A DNA stretch of 20,000 nucleotides from Trypethelium eluteriae. Its lineage: Eukaryota. The position numbers and the translations under genes were made by a program. The notes beneath the pieces were generated by a model. That model saw only the letters and a program-made list of their open reading frames with translations. It ran no database searches and was not told the DNA's origin. Shown here piece after piece: positions 9,429 through 20,000 of this stretch. The first letter of the stretch is position 1. Each line of letters opens with the position of its first letter. The stretch spans positions 47,896 through 67,895 of the forward strand of contig JAVECL010000059.1 in assembly GCA_051942245.1 (NCBI GenBank), given 5' to 3'.

Positions 9429-11844
9429 ATGTCTGCCACAATCGATACAACAGATGTCCACATAGGCCACTGGATCAACTGGTCTTCCGGCAATGTTCGG
9501 GGCTCGACTATTACCTTGACAAGGCGTGATGGTGCTCTTCTGACGGCTTTTCTTGCTATCTTTGTCTCTTTCGCTGGAACACGCATTTGGAAGCTTGCCG
9601 CTTTCTTCATCCATGTCAGCCTCTCACGCCGGGGCTCATCTCAGATCGGCCTCTTTCACCAGCGCCAGGTCATCCTACGAAATTCTCGTACTGCCGAATC
9701 GGCACTATGGAACCTTTTGAGGATCGCTGGGGCATGGCGCAAGTCGAAATGTCACGCCTATCGCCATATCGGTCCATTAGCAATAGCCAGCCTTATCTCT
9801 GGCCTTGCTTTTGCCGCTGCCGGTGTGTTCTCGGCGCAAGTGTCCTCCGCAAGCAACGAAGTCCTCGTATCTGGAAAGGATTGCGCAATATCGTTATCCA
9901 CTGGAGTCAGCAACGAGGAACAGCTCTTAACGATATTCTACCCTTATTCAACCGCACTCCAACAGATAGCTACTCAGCGCTCGCAGCAGTGTTCTACCAA
10001 GAACGCTTCAACTGATAGTTGCCCAACTTTTGTTAAACCAAGTCTTCCCATATCAGTCGTGAAGGATGCCTCCTGTCCGTTTCACCAGAGTATTTGTCAG
10101 AGCAACAATTCCAACTTGATCATCGATACAGGCTACCTCAATAGTCATTACGATCTCGGAATGAATAGCCCTCCAAGTGAGAGGTTTGCATTCCGTCAGA
10201 TACTACAATGCGCTCCTTTAGCTCTTGGAGAATATACTCGCGCTGTCAATAGAACGCTTAGCTACGACGGTCGTATCCATGAATCTACACCAAATCAGCA
10301 ATGGATACAATATCTTTACGGAAATTATAACACCATCAGCCACGCCAATTTCACATATCAGTATCCAGTTAACAATCCAACTAATAAGTCCGACACTTTT
10401 GTGAGTACGAATTTTGAGCAAGCGTATACGCTAAGGTAAGTTAAGCTTCACGTTACATTAACATGCAAGGAAGATGGTCGAAAGTAGCATGAATAATACC
10501 TAATCTTGCTCAGTCAGTTTCACACAGTATGGCCGAATTCTACGGGGTGGGACTTCATTCCCATCCCAGAACTAGGGCCAGAGGGCGTGGGGAAGGAAGG
10601 CATAGATATCATGCTCTTCTTCCTCTCTGCCAATCGTCTTTTATTCTTACAGCCTGTTGATGACCCCTGGTATTCGGCGCATAGAGGCCCTATCAACTAC
10701 ACGTTGACAGCCGAAGGGACGCAGGGCAATGTCGTTCCCTTTTGGTTTGCCGATAATCCAGCAAACGTTCTTGGCTGTACTAGTCAAGTTCAATTTTGCA
10801 ATCCCAACTCTCTTCCCAAAGGATGCAGTCCCTTGATGAGCTTCGACGATCTTACACTCCTGTTGTTGAGAGGGGTTGGCAACAGCTCGATTCTCCCATA
10901 CCTAGAAGAACCGCAGGCACAGGCGTTCACTACCTTTGTCCGGATCACCGTCTCATACGGCTCTACCATCAATGATATTACCGGGACTCTAGGTGCCACA
11001 GCGCTCACGGCTCCGAGGACTATGACGAGCTTGGGACAGGGCCCACTGGCATCTAATCAATGGCAGTCTGACGTTGAGTATTGGCTTACTACTCAATTAG
11101 CTGGATACCAACGGGCCGTTGTCGAGGCTGCTAGTGGTCCCAAGTTTCCAGGCATAGAGCCAAACCTCTTAGTCCGTCCTCAGTCTGATATGGAACACAC
11201 TTTCTGCACAAATCAGGTAAGACCCGCTCTTGTATCTTTCCACAGTTTCCTTTTTTTTTTTCTTACTTATTTGGTCGTTACTATAGAAAATTCTCAGTAC
11301 AGATTTCACATCTTTCTCGGCTCTGGGACTCATTCTGACGCTCGTTATCGGCACCGTCTTCATCATCGTCTCAGTCCTACTCGAGCCGGTACTTTCCTGG
11401 CTCCAGCGTAAGCGGAATTGGCGGCGGGACAACTATGCACTGATGGAGTGGTGGATGAACGATGCACTGCAGCTACAGAGTATAGTTCACGAGCAGCTTG
11501 GCGTAACGTGGAAGCGCGAAATCGGACAGGTACCGGTCCCACAGCCGGGAGATCAACGCTTTGCCACTCTGGACACGACCGACTTGGGACACCCGCGTTT
11601 CAAGGCACCGGCAACAAGCTCGACCCTACCTGTTGAGCTTGCCAAGGGAGAATTCAGGGCGTTGAGCATAGAGCACGTGGAGCGTAGCTCATGTGCTTCT
11701 TCCAAAGAAAAGGAGACGACGGTCACTGAGCTGAATACATCGGATGCTCACATTGCCACCACTGGCCCTGCCGTCCTCCCAGAAGATGGCGGGGAAGGCA
11801 TTGGCCACAGCAGTGTGGGGGATGTGATGCTGCGGGATCCATGA
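9429..11844 (+). CDS. Fungal membrane glycoprotein of unknown function, 755 aa; exons 9429-10435, 10514-11216, 11287-11844
   Basis: Donors GTAAGT (10436) and GTAAGA (11217) with CAG/TAG acceptors join three ORFs in frame (2268 nt). Hydrophobic segments GALLTAFLAIFVSFAG, IGPLAIASLISGLAFAAAGVF and FSALGLILTLVIGTVFIIVSVLL; Cys-rich central region with many N-x-S/T sequons. Confidence 0.85.
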
Positions 11845-12597
11845 TTAGCATTGATTCGAACTTGTTCCTTTGAGTGAGCTTTCGAGAATCCACCGTGCTT
11901 CAGAAGCGGTCTGAGCGTTACAGATAAGAACTCTGGGAGTCTCATGAAATGTAACAAATGTGACTGTGGGCGCAAAAGTAAGGCCCTTGATCTTTGTCAG
12001 ATATGCGCTCAACTATGTCCTGATATCTCTATACCATGGTACACAATAGTGCCTTAGGATACCATTGTGAGAAGGGTCTACCAGCAGGGAAGATTCGACA
12101 GCAGTAGATAGAGATGACTGTGACAAACAACCGCTTTGCAAGAGAGGCAAGATGAAAGCAAAACGTAAAGAGTGGGTGACTATGGTACTGTTCGGTATAA
12201 GGAGAGACTGAACCTCTAAGCAGCTTTGAAGAACGGCTCATAGCGCTTAAGCTATGATTTATGGGCTTGAACATTTCTTGGGGGTCTCAGCTCCGAACCC
12301 CAAAATGGTCGCGTAAAAACTTAACAACATTTCATGGAGGCGCATGAAAGCGAAGGGTTCCTAAGAACGGGATACAGAGCAAGACTGAGCCGGCCATGAG
12401 CATGGCTGATCAGGCCTGAGTTACGACTAGACATCGACTGAGCACGATCGCGCTCAACTGAGCACAACTGGGCAGAGCGTGAGCAGTGGCGAAGCCGTGC
12501 GTGTTTTTGCTAAGTCAACGTGCCAAGGTGGACTAACCTGATTAGGCGTATAGAGAGATTACTTTTAACGTGAGAATAGCGTCGCATGGATGAGTAT

Positions 12598-14460
12598 TCA
12601 CTCGATGGATCCATATTTATTCAAGTACTCGTCTTTGCAATCTCTCATGTCGTCGGCGAGACATGGCTCGTCTCCATTTCTCCACCATGCTTTTCTATGG
12701 CTAAACAGGCCCGCTTCAGCGATTAGCTTATCGGTATACCAGACAAGATCTCCGTAAAAGTTCAGGCCATCCACACCACGTGTTGGGTATCTCCGTTTTG
12801 AAAAGGTGTTCATGTATGCAACTTCACGTCGTAGCTGCTCTCTGGGTGGTAGTTTGATGTGGCCGTCCCAGTAAGCCGTTGTCCAGATAGCCTGGGCATC
12901 CGCACCACGGAAGCTGTTGGACATGCGAGTACGTCCAAGGAAGATAATGGAAGCATCGCTGAGCGGTGCTATCCCTTGATAAAGCCGAGCAGGAACAATA
13001 TCATCCCTAGCTAAGCGGGTGGAGCCAGGCGGTGGGTCCGCAAGTATCGGGTATTTGCTAATTATCTGCTTGTCTGCCGCATCCATAAGGGGTTGCCAAG
13101 CCTGCAAATCCTTCTCGGAGCCACTGCGTCTGTCGTGCGGAAGGCTAAGCTCGCGTATCTGCGACAACGAAAGAAATGAGTATTCTAATGACCAGCCGGT
13201 GCCACAAAAGAGGATATCTGTGGGAACCTCTCTACCATCTTCTAAGAGAATAGAAGTCGGCGTTGTGCGAATAGGATCGCTCCGATAAACAAATACTTTC
13301 TGGCTAACAAGATCCCAGAAATCATCATGTTGGACCATCCCAATGGGCCCATTATTCCAAAAGAAACTATTTTATCTTGGTCAGTACAATTGTATCTAAA
13401 CGTCACTGGTCATACCTACGAAGTGCTTGGCTCTAGTTCAGCAAAGCACGCCAGCTGATTCTCCCTTCCTCTATAATTAGCCCGATCTTTGAAATGTTGA
13501 TCGCCGGGAAATAGCTTCGATTCTAGATCGTCTCTCCTGGAAGGCGTTTGGTGTAGCTCTAGTGCCCATGGCTGCATGGCCGAAAACCGGAAGGGCTGAG
13601 TGCGGTTGCATTTTGGGTAGCTCCGCGCTCAACTACATTCCTATAACCATCAGGAGGTGTTGGATCTACAAAAATCCCGGGTCCTTCGTCGCTTCCCCGG
13701 ATTATCCAGCTGACATGCTTGTTCGTCTTTACGGCAGCATAAACCATGTCTGCAGCAGACTTACCACCACCAAGAACGGTTATATTCCTATAAGATGGTG
13801 TTGCAAGGATAGACTGCGGTTGGGTACCAAAATCCCGGTGATGGATCATTCGTGCTGTCCACTGTGAATCAAGAGGAAAGTCAGGCATGATTGGTATAGA
13901 CGTCAAGCCAGAGGCCACAGCCAACTTCGAACACGTCATTGTTTGATTTTTTTTGCCATTGAAGCGTAGAGTCCATCCGGTAGCAATTTTCTCGATCGAT
14001 GAAACTTGTGCATTAAGCCAGATGCGGTCTCGTATTGACCTACCTTGATAGGTATGGCTGTCTACATACTCTTCCAGGTATGAAGTCACATGCTTGGCCT
14101 CAAATGTATCGTATGCAACAGGAGTACCCTTGGGCAACTCTAGGGTTTTGTCAGAGAAAGCAGTCATTCGGAGAGGACTCTGCGTCCAAAAGGCATCAAA
14201 CACCCTTGCTTTACAGTAGCGCCAGTCAGTGTCTCATAACGATAGTAACTACAGATGACACTTACCTTGGCTCCATACTCCACCAATGAAAGTGTCTTGC
14301 TCGACAATTATCAAGGATATGTGAGGATGCGTGTCAAGGAAGAATCGAGCGAAAGCAATGCCACTCAACCCTGAACCATGAGCGTACATGGCAAAGCAGG
14401 CGGATTCTGAAGTAACTAACCGGCTCCAATTATTGCAACATCAAATTTGAAAGCAACCAT
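12598..14460 (-). pseudogene. Flavin-containing monooxygenase (class B, FMO-like) with a single 1-nt frameshift near 13590-13575; exons 14460-14421, 14370-14266, 14208-13420, 13366-12598; about 567 aa if repaired
   Basis: FAD motif DVAIIGAG|LSG, GGVWS, FMO-like fingerprint WTARMIHHRDF, NADPH motif VLGGGKSAAD, and DILFCGTGW. Three GT-AG introns of 50, 57 and 53 nt. The frame after ALSPSGF runs into TAG (13561-13559), while a shifted frame (MQPWALELHQ...ANYRGRENQLACFAELEPST) is open and in phase with the next donor GTAGGT. Confidence 0.82.
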
Positions 14461-14941
14461 TATAAAATGCCAACAAAGCTTTGATGATTCAATCGTATTT
14501 AATTGGCTATGAAGAGGGTTTCAATGGCAAGGGAATGAAATCATCGGATGTAGAAAAACAAAGCACAGTCGACTCGCTATCCTTATCCAGACTGATTAAC
14601 AACCTAGGATTGAATTTGCGGGGCCAAGTTGACCAGTCACCCAATACCGGACGCGGATGATGATGGGCCAGCAAGCCTGTGTCACTGATGTTGATGACAC
14701 GATCCGGCCTTAACTGGCTGTCCCGTCGACAGGATGAGCGAGAGGCCTCTACGGAGTACTTGCTGAATCGTATTTGCCGTTACGTATGTCCTCAACGGCC
14801 TATGTTCTGCTTTCGCCCAAGCCGGCGTTATCTCCGCCTCTGCCGGGGGGTGAACGCAAGTACTGAGGATGGAAGGCACCGAAGAGATGAGCCTCAGCGT
14901 GCATCAACAAGATGTCCACCTCGGAAAAACAAGGTTCATCT

Positions 14942-15420
14942 TTAGAGATATGATTGCTGAAACTGTGTAATGTTGCCTGCTCCTGCACGGAAAGGCGGTC
15001 ATCGAACGAGTACATTAGTGCGCCGCAGATGCAGGCGACGCGCTTACCAACGCGTGGATCGTACTGCACCACAGTGCTTGAACCCTGACCATCTGGGGCG
15101 AGGAACGCGGAAGCACCATCCGAATACTGGCACCCATGGGCCCATAACATCCGTTGACCCAATAGAGCCACCGAGCGTTGGTTGCCAATTATATGCAGAT
15201 GTCCCTACCGAGACAGGCTCATAGGTAGCGTAGAATGTGGATGGGGTAATAGTAGACAAAGGATTTGAGACGGATGCATTTGCGGCTTGCGCAAAGTGAT
15301 TCTGGGCCTCAATGATATAAAGAGTACCTTCGCATCTACCGAGAAAGTGTCAGCAATTGAGAGATGGCGTCTATGGGATACTTGTGTGGAGTGTCTTGAT
15401 GTCTGAAGTAAGCTGTCTGG
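14942..15420 (-). pseudogene. Possible remnant of an unidentified intron-containing gene
   Basis: Two well-formed intron-like segments on the minus strand (15381-15336 GTATCC..GCTGAC..TAG; 15047-14983 GTAAGC..CACTAAT..CAG) flank an open stretch CEGTLYIIEAQNHFAQAANASVSNPLSTITPSTFYATYEPVSVG...; no start codon or family recognised. Confidence 0.3.
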
Positions 15421-16086
15421 AATGTATACGACGTTCATGACGAGCCTTAAATCTGGAATACGTCAAGTTGAATAAGTTGTTTCAGATTTTCATATAGCGA
15501 TCTGAAAGATGCTGACGCGCTAGCTATGAGCGAATTCTGAACTGCAATGGTGCTGTTCGTTCAGTCATGACGGTGTATGATAACGGTGGCAGGCTTTGCT
15601 CTACTGTAATCTTGCGGCACCGCACCGTATTTCTTCTCCAAGGTCACCTCTATCAGTACTCCGTACAATGGGTGAAGTTATGCACCCATGCTAAATGACG
15701 GCGTGCGGGACGGAAGGATTTGCCAATTTTGCGAAAGGCTGAAGCATAGCATTCTGGACCAGCACATCGCACAACTACGATATGTCGTTGTGCTTGACAC
15801 ATGGCCAGTGGACGATGCTGGGATGCTGTCGAAGAGGGATGAGTCTTAGGTGCACGATGGAATTTGTGAGTGTCAAAATAAAGAAGTCCAAGATCCGAAA
15901 TTGGTCATTTCGGGCTGGTTTCATTATATTTTATGAATATCGGAATTGGCAATGAATTGTTTTTTATGCAAGCACAGCGCGGACTAGAGGTTTGGAGTTG
16001 ATTCCGTCCATTCCGTTCGGCACCTTAATAACAAATCTCCAAAAACCGGTGTCTACGTTTATTCGTCCTTGCTATTATACTGACGC

Positions 16087-17135
16087 TTACCTTTGCTGCT
16101 GAGCTTGATAGCCGTGCAAGAGCTCTTCCACAAGCTTCATATCACGGGCTTCGTCTCGGAAGGAGAAATCGTCCTTCCTCCATTCCAACCAATCCTCCGC
16201 CTTTGCCCCTGAAGTAGATTCCAGCAAACCCACCGCAACGTCGACCAGGTTAGGCCTGTGGTCGACCTGATAGAAAACGGTTGCTCCGCATTTTCCACAG
16301 AATCTTCTTATTACCTTTTCGGAGCTTTGATAACATTTCAGCGTGCCGAAGTCCAATCCATGTGGCGAACCATCTGCAGGCGTGATAAGACTTGTTGGCA
16401 CATACGTCCAGGACATGGCGTCCATGCCGTTAGCCAGTCGACAGCTTGTACAGGTACAGAATCCAGCAATCCATTTCTGCTTATCCTTCGCAATGAACCA
16501 ATGCTCTTTACTGCGCGGCACGGTCTCAGAGGGGATTGTTGGATCAGGGAAGTCTTTCCTAAATTCTGGAGAATCGAAAAGAGGCCGAGAGATGTAGAAG
16601 TCAACGCCACCACAGCTGCACCTAGCTCGTAACTTGTCGCTGGGCGTTGATTGGCGTTCCGACCGACCCCATTCCAAGGGTAGCTCTTGGCTTTTACGGG
16701 CATGGCAACTCCACCTCTTTAAGAGCTTCCCATTTAAACTCGGAAGCCAGTCAGACAAGCCACCGTCCTTGGTATCTTCAATGAAGATATGCTCCGTGAA
16801 ATCGATAATTGGGAAGTCTTCTCTTTGAATGACCCCAGTTGACAAGTACCACTTTCTTGCACCCTCATCCCACTCACAAGGGTGACATCCACAGACCGGG
16901 CAGAAGTAACGGTTGGAATTTTCAGAGGTCTTATAGACGCTTAGTGGTGATACTGAGGCGCTATCCAATGCCGGTATCTCGGTATGAAAAAGCGCAATGC
17001 TGCCTTGATTCTTCCGGCAAGTGTTACAATGACATATCCATGATTTGAGCGGCAATGAGGTCGAGGGAAGTGTTATGGTGAAATTAGTCTTGCCGCACCC
17101 GCAAAATTATGGAAGTCAATTGGAGTAACCATCAT
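16087..17135 (-). pseudogene. Tandem GFA / Mss4-like (CENP-V family) zinc-binding protein with a 1-nt frameshift about 9 codons after the start (T4 run at 17106-17103); about 349 aa if repaired
   Basis: Two Cys motif sets: CGCG / ICHCNTCRK / RYFCPVCG and RCSCGGV / FCTCTSCR / RRFCGKCG. The main frame has TAA directly before FCGCG and no ATG ahead of domain 1; ATG ATG at 17135/17132 (MMVTPIDFHN) is one base out of frame. Confidence 0.8.
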
Positions 17136-17310
17136 CAAATGATCACTCTCTAAAAATTTAGCATTCTTGTGGGTTTGCTCTAGATGATTGGACCACTTCA
17201 TTATCAATTGATGGATATAATATATACAGCGCAAATCCTCCCTTCGTAAATGTAGATCTCCGTTTTTAACGCCGGCCAATGCACGTCATGCACCGTCACT
17301 CTTGATATTC

Positions 17311-17761
17311 TTAGTCGGCCTTGCACTCAAGGAAATCATCACCGCTGGCGCCGGTATGGGTAATGAGAGCAGTATATTCCCCAGCACCATTGAAAATCAC
17401 GCGATCAGCGCCAGGGGAGCCGCCAGTGTAGACCTCGAAGCTGTTGAGGATCGGAAACTCGTACCATGGGCTAGAGGTACTGAAGCTGAAACCCTCGTAG
17501 TCATTGTACTGATGGGGATACGACTACGATATGAGTTAGTCAATTTAAGCATGCTTTTTGCGTTGTTCAGGGATAACTTACGTCTATCTCCTGACCAGAA
17601 GACTGGAGAGAAGCGCCCTTCTTGAGAGCGGCATCAATGTCCGATTGCCAGTAGCATGTAGAGCCGCAGGTCTCCACGCATGATTGACGAGGCTTAAGCG
17701 CGAGAGGGGTAGCGAAAGTCGACGCAACAAGGGCGAGAAGGGCCGCCTGTAGGTATTCCAT
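17311..17761 (-). CDS. Secreted guanyl-specific ribonuclease, RNase T1/N1 family, 130 aa precursor; exons 17761-17582, 17523-17311
   Basis: Signal peptide [17 protein letters not shown], propeptide ending KPR, N-terminal [10 protein letters not shown], and catalytic motifs [17 protein letters not shown] and ITHTGA with a C-terminal Cys (FLEC). 58-nt intron GTAAGT..CTAAC..TAG. Confidence 0.95.
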
Positions 17762-20000
17762 CAACCTTGGTTGTGTTGAAATTTTTTGCGGACATCGCCT
17801 ACCTTGATAGAAAACATCGTGACGTGGTGGTGCTAGCTGGGTATGGTTGCTGGTAAGATAAGCGATATATCGGACTTTGGTACGAAAGGACTGCTCTGAA
17901 AATAAATCGAAAGTGCTGAGAAGATTCAAAAAGATCGGTGAAGGTCAAAAGCGGATCTTTGCTGGCCTTAAATAGGGACATGTCCTATTTCTCCATTACC
18001 TTTGAACGTATCGGACTCCAACGACGGAGCACGAGCTCGCATCTGCAAGCAAGCAAAGCGCAATGTCACACAGCACGGAGGAAACGACTGAAGCAGGTGG
18101 CCCGGTGGGGGATTAGCCCACCGGACCAGGCAGGTGGGAGGACGTGCTGAGACAAACTCTGGGCTTAAGCTCTTGGGACCTGTCAACGAATATCACATTG
18201 CGCGGTACCGACATGTGATTCGATGGCTGTCTCTACGAACAGGATGGCTGAACGAAGTAGGTTAGCAATTTCCCTCCGATTCCTGTCAGGAACGCGGGGT
18301 GCCAAGCTTTGAAAGGTTGCACGGGAGGATGCTCAGTGGCTAAGACGGAGTGGCGGTAGGCGCCGCGCTCCAAGCTCTGACAACGATCTCTTTGCTCCTT
18401 ATCTGTTGGCTGCTCAAGGATCGTACACTGCGCCGTGCCTCTCAACAGCATCTCTTGCACTCTCGGATATCTCTGCAGGTCTCGCGATAAGTGCAGGAAA
18501 GTCGAGCGGCTTCAGGAGACGATGTGAACACTCGCTACTCGGATCTGTGCCATTGTAAGAGGCCATCACCAATGACGGAAGGAGAAGAGACGAAAAGGGG
18601 GGCCGAAAAACGAAAAGAAGCAGACAGGGTGATTGTCAGGCATGCCACGCACCGACAATTCCAAGATCCGAGTTCGCACGGGCTTACGATACTGTGCTGT
18701 GCCTCCGACCTATGACCTGCATGTAGCGTGTAGTTGGAATGTTGGATTGCGTTCGTCTTTACGGCGGGTTATCTGCAAAAATGCCTTCCACGGACGCCAT
18801 TGTTCCGTAGTTACGCATGGGCTTCAGAGCGTCCTGTTCCACCGAGACCGAAGAAAAGGTTATGTTCACGAGCAGTCGCCTCTGCATTCCATTTGTCCGC
18901 ACTTGATTTCTAACATAAACGTCTTAAAACCTGCTTGCCACTTCGGCCTTGCGCTTCGATCCTCATAGTCCACGTACGTACAGAAGCCTGTTTCAGGAAC
19001 GACTCCCTGTCGTATGAAATCCATTACAGTTCCCGAAGTGTTCCGTTACGTCAGCAGTCAAATCTTCAAAGCCAACCGCATAATTTCTGAAAAAGCTTTG
19101 GTTAAGTAAAAAAGAGAAAAAGAGAAAAAATGCGTTCACCCCATTTCTCTTGTCCACGGGTGTCGCTCGAAGCAGCTCTCTCCATCTAGATTTGCTCTGT
19201 TGTCCCATCGGCGGTGAGGCGTGAGGAGTCTAGAGGCTGCTGGCTGGCAATCAGGCTTGCTCCATGAGATCATAGCCGCATTGTAGGATGAGTATGCTTT
19301 ACCCATATCCACGAGCCCGGTAGCTTGAGACGAGGTCATGATAATTGAAAGCCAATTCAGTCCGTATTTGGAAATTCCCCATATCCAAGCGTCGGAGAAA
19401 GCCCGGGGATTGTTGTTTACCTCATTTTGTCCACCGAAACATCAGACAAGCAGACGCTTTATTCTTGCTTATTCTTGCTTGCACGCATTCTCTAGAGGCT
19501 GATGCTACTGATGGAGATGGTCGGTGAACCTAATCTTGGCCCAATTTGAAGCCATGCCAAGTGAGTTGTATTGAACCCGTTCCCCCGGACGACCCAAGCA
19601 TCAGACCACTATTTTCTAGCATCCTTCGTGCATCAGGAAGGACGGGTGACATGCCACAAGACCTTCGTCACACCCGGACACACCGCGTTCCATGGCATTC
19701 ATTGAGAATCAGATTGTTCTGATTCGCCAAGTTTATCTGATGGTAGGAGGTCTGTATATCAGATCCAGGCACCTGCCCAATCGTGTCGACGCTTTCCCTC
19801 GATTTCGCAAACCCACCATCACGGTCACAAAGCCATCAAGGATGCGGGGCCGTCTTCTCATTCGTACCACAAGTTAAAATCTATCTTCAAAGTCTACTTG
19901 ATCTTATTTCTCCCGGATCCATTCTATTCCATTCTACTCTGTCCGTCCTCGACCTAACTTTCCAGCAACACGCTCACCCAAAACTCCACACATCCAAACT
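17762..20000. other. Long intergenic region with no recognisable gene; final ~140 nt resemble the 5' UTR of a plus-strand gene beyond the window
   Basis: Only short ORFs without recognisable motifs. Positions 19860-20000 are strongly C/T-rich and G-poor on the plus strand. Confidence 0.45.

Noticed and set aside
11217..11411. Hydrophobic C-terminus of ORF 10506-11411
   Set aside because: Produced by reading through a T-rich intron (T11 run); the spliced frame gives a coherent transmembrane segment and tail.
12380..12480. Short repeated ACTGAGC(AC) words
   Set aside because: Only 7-9 bp, irregularly spaced, not an array; no transposon ends or CRISPR-like structure.
7548..17135. RIP as the cause of gene decay
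   Set aside because: Lesions are mainly single indels, the frames are not peppered with stops, and the region is not visibly AT-enriched.
7548..17761. Secondary-metabolite gene cluster (reductase + FMO + GFA)
   Set aside because: No backbone enzyme, transporter or cluster regulator in the window, and several genes are disrupted.
17762..20000. Short ORFs or RNA genes in the terminal region
   Set aside because: No recognisable protein motifs, coherent exon chains or tRNA-like structure found by eye; an Infernal/Rfam scan would be needed to exclude ncRNAs.

Overview
Eukaryotic DNA from a filamentous ascomycete (Pezizomycotina, inferred from short GT-AG introns with CTRAC/CTAAT branch sites and from the gene families). 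The left third holds three intact core genes: eIF5A (4 exons, minus), intronless VPS52 (plus) and a 5-exon carnitine acetyltransferase. The latter carries both a mitochondrial presequence and a C-terminal PTS1 (AKL), has three CCTCGG FarA-type sites upstream, and has a short uORF overlapping its first ATG. The rest is an accessory-type block: an NmrA/isoflavone-reductase-like gene (stop plus frameshift), an intact 755-aa unknown membrane glycoprotein, a flavin monooxygenase (1-nt frameshift), a possible gene remnant, a tandem GFA/Mss4-like zinc protein (1-nt frameshift) and an intact secreted RNase T1-family ribonuclease, followed by about 2.2 kb without a recognisable gene. I found no tRNA, rRNA, transposon or CRISPR array and cannot support a wholly new system. 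The best leads are the isoform-switch architecture of the carnitine acetyltransferase, the clustered single-base lesions in accessory genes, and the unknown membrane protein. All gene models were hand-spliced; no searches were run.
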